Below the pieces are notes generated by a model. The model saw only the letters and a program-made list of their open reading frames with translations. It was not told the origin of the DNA and ran no database searches. From an uncultured Bacteriovoracaceae bacterium (GTDB lineage Bacteria > Bdellovibrionota > UBA1018): DNA of 64,000 bases. Made by a program: the position numbers and the translations under genes. Where the stretch lies: positions 64,097 to 128,096 of the forward strand of contig CAYILR010000003.1 in NCBI GenBank assembly GCA_964364175.1, read 5' to 3'. This document shows positions 58,185-64,000 of this stretch, one piece after another. How positions within the stretch are numbered: the first letter of the stretch is position 1; every line of letters starts with the position of its first letter.

Positions 58185-58244
58185 CGTTTACCCCTCGCCC
58201 TATTCCGGCCAGTAAACTACCTGGTCTATACGGGCTGTTGTGAA

Positions 58245-58769
58245 TTACTTCTTTTTGCCTTTAGGCTTCTGAGCTTTTTCTTTCTTGTACTCTTCCAAAC
58301 GCTCAGCGCGCAAGCTTGGCATGACTAAAATTTCTACGGTGCCGCCCGCTGCTTGGATTTTCTCCAAAGCGGATGGGCTGACTTTGTGGGCTTTGATTTT
58401 CAGCGCTTTTTTCAATTCGCCTGTTCCCAAAACCACCAATTGCTCATGACGACCTTTGACAACGCCTGATTTACGCAAGGTTTCGAGAGAAATATCAGTT
58501 CCACCCAATTCCAATCGATTCAAATCACCCACATTGATGATGGCGCGATCCACACGTGTGAAATTAGTGAAGCCTCGTTTTGGCAACCGACGATACAAAG
58601 GCATCTGACCGCCTTCGAAGCCAGCGCGAGACACGCCGCCCGAACGAGCCAATTGACCTTTGTCCCCTTTACCGGCTGTGGGTCCATGTCCCGATCCCGA
58701 ACCGCGTCCAAGACGCTTTGAGTAGTGATTCGATCCTGGTTGTGCTTTGATCGTATTGAGTGTCAGCAT
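58245..58769 (-). CDS. rplO: 50S ribosomal protein L15 with a Lys-rich C-terminal tail
   Basis: ...RGFEGGQMPLYRRLPKRGF... core; tail ...EEYKKEKAQKPKGKKK. Confidence 0.95.
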   Translation of the reverse strand: MLTLNTIKAQPGSNHYSKRLGRGSGSGHGPTAGKGDKGQLARSGGVSRAGFEGGQMPLYRRLPKRGFTNFTRVDRAIINVGDLNRLELGGTDISLETLRKSGVVKGRHEQLVVLGTGELKKALKIKAHKVSPSALEKIQAAGGTVEILVMPSLRAERLEEYKKEKAQKPKGKKK

Positions 58770-58796
58770 AAATTCTTCCGCTATCTTTCTGCCCGA

Positions 58797-58994
58797 CTAC
58801 CGGGTCTCGCTCACAATATCTAACAGGTGAATGACCCCTTTGATCATTCCACGAACCGAAGAGGTGTTCTCCAGAGTTCTTTCTTGATGTCTTTTTTTCA
58901 ATCCCAATCCACGAACCGTAGCACGCTGAACGGGGTTGCACCCAATGGTGCTTTTCTTCAACCGAATCGTAATCTGTTTTTTTCCTACTGCCAT
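58797..58994 (-). CDS. rpmD: 50S ribosomal protein L30
   Basis: 65 aa, ...ITIRLKKSTIGCNPVQRATVRGLGLKK... Confidence 0.95.
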   Translation of the reverse strand: MAVGKKQITIRLKKSTIGCNPVQRATVRGLGLKKRHQERTLENTSSVRGMIKGVIHLLDIVSETR

Positions 58995-59018
58995 GGTCCG
59001 TTCCTCTTTAAACTACTG

Positions 59019-59546
59019 TTACATGATCTCGCCGACCGTTTTTCCACGGCCTTTTGCGATCTCACTGAAATGTTTCAATTGTTTCAATCCATCCAAAGTC
59101 GCGCGAACGACGTTGTGTGGGTTATCCCGACGCAATGATTTCGTCAGGATGTTTTTCACTCCAGCAACTTCCATAATTGCACGTACAGAGGAGCTTGCGA
59201 TAATCCCAGTTCCTTCTGGAGCTGGCTTCATCAGCACTTGGCTTGCACCAAAGTGTCCCAAAACATCATGAGGAATCGTGGTTCCTTCAAGAGTCACCTT
59301 AATCAGATTCTTCTTGGCCTGCTTCCCTGCTTTTTTAATCGCTTCTGGAACTTCGCCTGCTTTACCCAAGCCGACTCCGACTTGGCCTTTTTTATCGCCT
59401 ACGACCACAATTGCAGCAAAACTGAAACGGCGTCCGCCTTTGACTACTTTTGCGCAACGATTGATGTGAATCACCTTGTCTTCGAACTCAGACTCTTCTT
59501 GTTGCGGGCGGCCTTGTTGGCGATTATTGGGTTGTCCTTTTTGCAT
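59019..59546 (-). CDS. rpsE: 30S ribosomal protein S5 with a Gln/Glu-rich N-terminal extension
   Basis: Core ...[27 protein letters not shown]... Extension [24 protein letters not shown]. Confidence 0.95.
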   Translation of the reverse strand: MQKGQPNNRQQGRPQQEESEFEDKVIHINRCAKVVKGGRRFSFAAIVVVGDKKGQVGVGLGKAGEVPEAIKKAGKQAKKNLIKVTLEGTTIPHDVLGHFGASQVLMKPAPEGTGIIASSSVRAIMEVAGVKNILTKSLRRDNPHNVVRATLDGLKQLKHFSEIAKGRGKTVGEIM

Positions 59547-59563
59547 ATTTTTATCCTTTAATC

Positions 59564-59941
59564 CTAGAATTTCAATCCAGCTTCACGAGCTGAGTCTGCC
59601 AATGCTTTGATCCGACCGTGGTACAAATATCCGCTACGATCAAAAACAACTTGGTTAATGTTTTTTGCCAATGCGCGTTTTGCCACCAAAGCGCCGATCG
59701 CCTTTGCTCCTTCGATGTTGGCACCGTACTTGTCGTTCAGCTCCTCTTCCGAAGTCGAAGCAGCCACCAAGGTAGTGCCTTTGATATCATCGATCAGCTG
59801 CGCATAGATGTTCTGGTTAGAACGAAATACAGAAAAACGAGGGCGCTCTGGAGTGCCCTCCACGCGTGAGCGAATCCGCAATTTCCGCTTGAAGCGAATT
59901 TGCTGTTTTTCACTCGTCCTATTTCTAATTTTAGTAGCCAT
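59564..59941 (-). CDS. rplR: 50S ribosomal protein L18
   Basis: 125 aa, ...[19 protein letters not shown]... Confidence 0.95.
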   Translation of the reverse strand: MATKIRNRTSEKQQIRFKRKLRIRSRVEGTPERPRFSVFRSNQNIYAQLIDDIKGTTLVAASTSEEELNDKYGANIEGAKAIGALVAKRALAKNINQVVFDRSGYLYHGRIKALADSAREAGLKF

Positions 59942-59963
59942 AAATAATCCTTCTGTTTCTCAA

Positions 59964-60509
59964 CTACTTCGCGCCAGCAGCCTTACCCTGCTTGCGGATG
60001 ATATGCTCATTCATGTACTTCACGCCTTTGCCTTGATAAGGTTCAGGTTCTCTGAATGAACGAATTTTCGCGGCGACCATCCCGACCAAAATCTTGTCGG
60101 CTCCGGCAACCACTACGTGAGTATTGTTTTCGACTTTCACTTGAATTCCAGCAGGTACTTCATATTCCACAGGGTGTGAAAATCCCAAAGTCATCGACAG
60201 AGTATTGCCCTTGGTCGATGCGCGATATCCGACGCCGACGATATCGAGTTCTTTAGTAAATCCAGCATGAACACCATGCACGATGTTTGATAGCAATGTT
60301 CGGGTCAGACCTTGCAATGCTGATCCATTGGGGATGATTGCATCGTTTTTCTCAACAATGATCGAACCATTGTCAATTTTTGCAGTAATCCCACGAGGCA
60401 AGATGTGAGAAAGCTTACCTTTTGGGCCTTCCACCTTGATCGAGCTATCCTTGATGTCTACTTTTACGCCTTGAAGTACCTTGATAGGCATTTTACCAAT
60501 TCGCGACAT
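59964..60509 (-). CDS. rplF: 50S ribosomal protein L6
   Basis: 181 aa, MSRIGKMPIKVLQGVKV... Confidence 0.95.
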   Translation of the reverse strand: MSRIGKMPIKVLQGVKVDIKDSSIKVEGPKGKLSHILPRGITAKIDNGSIIVEKNDAIIPNGSALQGLTRTLLSNIVHGVHAGFTKELDIVGVGYRASTKGNTLSMTLGFSHPVEYEVPAGIQVKVENNTHVVVAGADKILVGMVAAKIRSFREPEPYQGKGVKYMNEHIIRKQGKAAGAK

Positions 60510-60512
60510 ATA

Positions 60513-60911
60513 TCACCAAACCTCACACAATACTTCGCCGCCGACTTTTTGAGTTTTTGCCCGTTGACCGGTCATCACTCCGCGTGAAGTAGAAATAATA
60601 GCCACTCCTGCACCATTCAATGGACGAGGCAAAGAATCGTAGCTCGAATAACGTCGCAATCCAGGTTTGCTGATCCGGGTAATTCCCTGGATCACGCTCT
60701 CACCTAGATCGGTGTACTTGAGATACACCTTGATCGTGGGGAAACCGTTTTCGCGATGAAGACGAAAGTTTTTGATGTATCCTTCTTCTTTCAAAACACG
60801 AACGACGTTTGCTTTGAGACGAGAAGCAGGAACTTCCACTTTCTCATGACGCTCACGAGTTGCGTTCCGGATTCGAGTCAAAAGATCTGCAATAGGATCT
60901 GTCATGCTCAT
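60513..60911 (-). CDS. rpsH: 30S ribosomal protein S8
   Basis: MSMTDPIADLLTRIRNA... Confidence 0.95.
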   Translation of the reverse strand: MSMTDPIADLLTRIRNATRERHEKVEVPASRLKANVVRVLKEEGYIKNFRLHRENGFPTIKVYLKYTDLGESVIQGITRISKPGLRRYSSYDSLPRPLNGAGVAIISTSRGVMTGQRAKTQKVGGEVLCEVW

Positions 60912-60923
60912 ATATAATTCTCC

Positions 60924-61109
60924 TTACCAGCTGGATTTCACGACGCCAGGCAATTGCCCTTTGAGCGCCAGGCCACGGAAACACAAGCGGCACATGTTAA
61001 ATTTTCTAAGATAAGCACGAGGCCTTCCACAAAGTGGACAGCGGTTTTTCTGCTGAGTGCTGAACTTAGGTTTCATCTTCAATTTTTCGAGTTTACATTT
61101 CTTAGACAA
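60924..61109 (-). CDS. rpsZ: 30S ribosomal protein S14 type Z (zinc-binding, 61 aa), TTG start
   Basis: (L)[63 protein letters not shown] at 61109 is 6 nt after the SD AGGAGA. The ORF-track version (from ATG 61172) over-extends into the rplE 3' region. Confidence 0.85.
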   Translation of the reverse strand: MSKKCKLEKLKMKPKFSTQQKNRCPLCGRPRAYLRKFNMCRLCFRGLALKGQLPGVVKSSW

Positions 61110-61119
61110 GCTGAGTCTC

Positions 61120-61851
61120 CTATTTCCTGAAGGGCATGCCCATTTCGGTGAGCAGCGCCCGTGCATGCTCATTGGTTTTTGCCGTAGTTGTAATGGTAAT
61201 GGTCATACCAGTGATTTTGTCGACTTTATCGTAAACCACTTCTGGGAAAATGATCTGCTCACGAATCCCCAAAGAGTAATTGCCTCTGCCATCGAATGAT
61301 TTTGGATTCACTCCTTTGAAGTCGCGAACTCGAGGCAGTGCCACGTTCATCAAACGGTCCAAGAATTCGTACATGCGAGCACGGCGCAAGGTCACCATGA
61401 CGCCAACCGTGTTGCCTTTACGAACTTTGAAAGTAGCAATGGCCTTTTTAGCTCGGGTCAGGACCGGCTTTTGTGCAGCAATCGCCATGATCTCGTCCAT
61501 CTTGCTGTCCAAAACTTTGGGATTTCCAACCGCTTCTTTTACAGCGCAGTTGATCACAACTTTAGCGAAACGAGGAACCTGCATTGGATTCTTAAACTGG
61601 AATTGTTTCATCAACGCTGGGACAGCCTTGGTCTTATACATCGTCACTAGGCGAGGAGTCGTTTCTGGAGAAACTTCTGCAGTTTCAACTAGCTTCAACG
61701 CAGATGCGGCTTTATCAGCTTTGGCTTTTTTACCTTTGGCTGCAGCTTCTGCTCTCGCAGCAGCGGCAGCGGGAGAAACTTCTTTCTTCTTTGTCTGCTC
61801 TTTTTCTGCAGTTCCGGCCGGTTTTTCTTTTTTATCTTCTGGGTTTGCCAC
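61120..61851 (-). CDS. rplE: 50S ribosomal protein L5 with a ~65-aa Lys/Ala/Glu-rich N-terminal extension
   Basis: Canonical L5 core begins ...[33 protein letters not shown]. Start assigned to the GTG at 61851, 8 nt after the SD AGGAGA that immediately follows the rplN stop. Extension (M)[62 protein letters not shown]. Confidence 0.9.
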   Translation of the reverse strand: MANPEDKKEKPAGTAEKEQTKKKEVSPAAAAARAEAAAKGKKAKADKAASALKLVETAEVSPETTPRLVTMYKTKAVPALMKQFQFKNPMQVPRFAKVVINCAVKEAVGNPKVLDSKMDEIMAIAAQKPVLTRAKKAIATFKVRKGNTVGVMVTLRRARMYEFLDRLMNVALPRVRDFKGVNPKSFDGRGNYSLGIREQIIFPEVVYDKVDKITGMTITITTTAKTNEHARALLTEMGMPFRK

Positions 61852-61870
61852 GGTCAATATCTCCTAAAAA

Positions 61871-62239
61871 TTACAGTACTTCTGGCGCCAAAGAAATAAT
61901 CTTTGTAAACGCTTTCGCTCTGAGTTCCCTAGCCACTGGGCCAAAGATACGGGTTCCAATCGGCTCGTTTTGAGCGTTGATCAACACAGCAGAGTTGGTA
62001 TCAAAACGAATGTAGGTACCATCCTGACGGTTGATTTCTTTCTTCGTGCGCACGATCACAGCTTTCATCACATCCCCTTTTTTCACTTTCGCGTTCGGGG
62101 TTGCGTCTTTCACAGTGATCACGATCACATCGCCAATGCTTGCGTATTGTCGTCTAGAACCGCCCAATACTTTGATGCACATCACAGAACGTGCTCCAGA
62201 GTTATCAGCGACATCTAAGCGGGTTTTCATCTGAATCAT
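61871..62239 (-). CDS. rplN: 50S ribosomal protein L14
   Basis: Start at the ATG at 62239 ([17 protein letters not shown]...), overlapping the rpsQ stop (ATGA). The ORF-track N-terminal 18 aa are upstream readthrough. Confidence 0.95.
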   Translation of the reverse strand: MIQMKTRLDVADNSGARSVMCIKVLGGSRRQYASIGDVIVITVKDATPNAKVKKGDVMKAVIVRTKKEINRQDGTYIRFDTNSAVLINAQNEPIGTRIFGPVARELRAKAFTKIISLAPEVL

Positions 62240-62595
62240 ACAGCCACCTCGATGGTTTGGTTCGCGCGGCGAACGATTTTCTGTAGTGCCCAACGCTTGT
62301 CACGGCTCAAAGGACGAGACTCAATGATGTTCACCAAATCGCCAACTTTAGCTGTGTTGGTTTCATCATGGGCTTTGTATTTGCAAGAACGCAGGATGTA
62401 TTTTTGATACAAAGCGTACCGAACTTGGCGATCCACTTTTACCACAATGGTTTTCTGCATTTTGTCACTGGTGACAACGCCGACCAACACACGGCGGTGA
62501 GGTTTACGGGCCACTGTTTCTTTTGCTTCAACAGCTGGTTTTGCAACAGCTGCCTTTGCTACTTTAGGTTTTTTCGTTGTTTCTTTTGCTACCAT
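62236..62595 (-). CDS. rpsQ: 30S ribosomal protein S17 with a ~32-aa Lys/Ala-rich N-terminal extension
   Basis: Core ...[34 protein letters not shown]... The ATG follows the rpmC stop by 3 nt. Extension [33 protein letters not shown]. Confidence 0.95.
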   Translation of the reverse strand: MVAKETTKKPKVAKAAVAKPAVEAKETVARKPHRRVLVGVVTSDKMQKTIVVKVDRQVRYALYQKYILRSCKYKAHDETNTAKVGDLVNIIESRPLSRDKRWALQKIVRRANQTIEVAV

Positions 62596-62598
62596 AAA

Positions 62599-62790
62599 TT
62601 AGCGAGCTCCTAACAGAGTCTTTGCCCGAGCCAAAGTTTTGCGCATCTTCCAAAGGCTGGAAGTGTCTGCCAACTGCCCGGTTGTTTTTTTCAATTTGGA
62701 TTGGAAAAGGTCCTTTTCCACAGTCCGAATTTTGTTTTTCAGCTCGTCTGCCGAAAGATTTTTCAATTCTTTTGTCATCTTGTTTGCCAT
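62599..62790 (-). CDS. rpmC: 50S ribosomal protein L29
   Basis: 63 aa, ...LKNLSADELKNKIRTVEKDLFQSKL... Confidence 0.9.
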   Translation of the reverse strand: MANKMTKELKNLSADELKNKIRTVEKDLFQSKLKKTTGQLADTSSLWKMRKTLARAKTLLGAR

Positions 62791-62799
62791 GATAATACC

Positions 62800-63252
62800 C
62801 TATTCAGCTTTCTCGGCAGCTGCTACTGGAGCAGCCGTGCTGGCTCCTTCGCGAGCAATTGGTTTGCACTGAAGTGGAAGTTTGTGGTCTGCCAAGCGAA
62901 GTGCCTCGAATGCCTCAGCTTTTGAAATGCCATGCATTTCAAAAATGATGCGTCCGGGCTTAATCACTGCTGCCCATTCTTCCACGTTTCCTTTTCCAGA
63001 TCCCATTCGGGTCTCTGCAGCTTTTTTAGTGATCGCTTTATCTGGGAAAATTCGAATCCAAATTTTTCCACCGCGCTTCACATAACGGGTCATCGCAACC
63101 CGGGATGCCTCGATTTGTCTCGAAGTGATTCGGCCACACTCAGTAGCTTGCAATCCGAAGTCACCGAAAAACAACGTAGCTCCGCGATCTGCTTTGCCAC
63201 GCATCTTGCCTTTTTGGTGTTTGCGCCATTTGACTCTTTTGGGTGACATCAT
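62800..63252 (-). CDS. rplP: 50S ribosomal protein L16 with a short Ala/Glu-rich C-terminal tail
   Basis: [21 protein letters not shown]... canonical L16; tail ...[18 protein letters not shown]. Confidence 0.95.
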   Translation of the reverse strand: MMSPKRVKWRKHQKGKMRGKADRGATLFFGDFGLQATECGRITSRQIEASRVAMTRYVKRGGKIWIRIFPDKAITKKAAETRMGSGKGNVEEWAAVIKPGRIIFEMHGISKAEAFEALRLADHKLPLQCKPIAREGASTAAPVAAAEKAE

Positions 63253-63257
63253 AACGG

Positions 63258-63941
63258 TTATTCCTTACTGATTGCCGCTTGAGCCGCTTTTTCTGCAGCT
63301 GCTTGTTTTTTCAAAGTTGCCACTTCACCGTGGTAAACCCATGCCTTCACGCCAATGATCCCGTAGGTCGTGTGCGCTTCAGCAGTCCCATAATCTATAT
63401 TTGCTCTCAAAGTATGCAAAGGCACGCTGTCCTCGCTGTACCACTCGGTACGAGCAATTTCAGCTCCACCCAAACGACCGGAAACGCGGATTTTGATTCC
63501 GAGGATTCCTTGTTTGAAAGCAGAGGTCATGCATTTTTTCATCGCACGACGAAAAGCAACTCGTTTTTCCAACTGAGAAGCCACGTTCTCAGCGATCAGA
63601 GTAGCGTTCGCCTCTGGTTTTTTTACTTCGATGATGTTCAAAAAGATTTCGTTCTTTGAAAGTCTTTGCATTTCTGACTTCAAAGACTCAACGCCTGCAC
63701 CTTTTTTCCCGATTACAATTCCAGGACGAGCGGTGTGGAGGTTGATTTTTACTTTGTTTGCTGCGCGTTCGATTTCAATGCGAGCAATCCCAGCACTGTA
63801 AAGTTTGCCTTTCAGATGTTTTCTGAGCTTCAAATCTTCATGGAGCAATTTTGCATAGTCCGCTTTTTTGGCGTACCAGCGACTGTCCCAGCTGCGGGTG
63901 ATTCCTAGACGAAAACCGATTGGATTGACCTTTTGACCCAT
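63258..63941 (-). CDS. rpsC: 30S ribosomal protein S3 with an Ala/Lys-rich C-terminal tail
   Basis: [24 protein letters not shown]... KH domain; tail ...[17 protein letters not shown]. Confidence 0.95.
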   Translation of the reverse strand: MGQKVNPIGFRLGITRSWDSRWYAKKADYAKLLHEDLKLRKHLKGKLYSAGIARIEIERAANKVKINLHTARPGIVIGKKGAGVESLKSEMQRLSKNEIFLNIIEVKKPEANATLIAENVASQLEKRVAFRRAMKKCMTSAFKQGILGIKIRVSGRLGGAEIARTEWYSEDSVPLHTLRANIDYGTAEAHTTYGIIGVKAWVYHGEVATLKKQAAAEKAAQAAISKE

Positions 63942-63957
63942 TTTTCCTTGATCCTTC

Positions 63958-64000
63958 TTATTTCTCTGCCAACGTCACAGTAATATGACTGGTTTTTTTG
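63958..64000 (-). CDS. rplV: 50S ribosomal protein L22, 3' end only (start beyond window)
   Basis: Minus-strand translation of 63958-64000 gives ...[13 protein letters not shown] with a TAA stop at 63958-63960, placed just upstream of the rpsC SD. Consistent with the L22 C-terminus and the operon order. Confidence 0.6.
   Translation of the reverse strand, partial: KKTSHITVTLAEK

Noticed and set aside
1-64000. CRISPR arrays, rRNA and tRNA genes
   Set aside because: No short direct repeats with regular unique spacers were found, and no rRNA-like conserved stretches. Intergenic regions of 80 bp or more were inspected and contain promoters, operators or REP/MITE-like elements instead.

Overview
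This 64 kb window has about 50% GC and looks like a Bdellovibrio-like (Bdellovibrionota) chromosome segment. That guess rests on a TIGR02147-family protein, many secreted proteins and nucleases, and lysine/alanine-rich extensions on ribosomal proteins.

Layout from start to end:
- 1-2005: a minus-strand ORF that runs off the window start and is absent from the ORF track. It has a degenerate receiver-like N-terminus and a long Ser/Gly/Glu-rich tail.
- 2020-6042: a REPtron, a RAYT-type HUH tyrosine transposase (2146-3093) flanked by three copies of an ~85-bp REP-like palindromic repeat.
- 3085-19864: accessory and metabolic genes. These are a secreted HExxH metalloprotease, a TIGR02147 protein, a dimethylglycine/sarcosine dehydrogenase, two tandem secreted paralogs with a conserved leader and C-terminal tail, a GreA-like factor, a SulP transporter fused to a beta-carbonic anhydrase, a secreted CX5R phosphatase, a 1150-aa orphan membrane protein, and a ChaN/outer-membrane-protein divergent pair.
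- 19921-31744: housekeeping genes interleaved with nuclease and ATPase genes. In order: AAA+ ATPase, miaA, HNH endonuclease, mutL, a PpsR-like regulator, a second AAA+ ATPase, a phospholipase D lipoprotein, DUF1684, an EEP nuclease and nagZ.
- 31745-40890: two MITE-like repeat families in convergent intergenic gaps, and a minus-strand operon of pccB, biotin carboxylase, BCCP, three tandem LamG-like secreted paralogs and the methylmalonyl-CoA mutase catalytic subunit.
- 40906-47802: a sigma-54 activator, a TlpA-like thioredoxin, a second HNH endonuclease, an ECF sigma/anti-sigma pair and aminopeptidase N.
- 47792-51610: a toxin-antitoxin island with a tripartite HipB-HipS-HipT module, VapBC, and an Arch_ATPase/DUF234 ATPase, with palindromic operator repeats.
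- 51776-64000: the alpha/spc/S10 ribosomal operons on the minus strand, rplQ through rplV.

In the ribosomal cluster, rplX (L24) is missing from its canonical place between rplN and rplE. L5 instead carries a roughly 65-aa Lys/Ala-rich N-terminal extension, and several other r-proteins have charged extensions.

No rRNA, tRNA or CRISPR array was detected.
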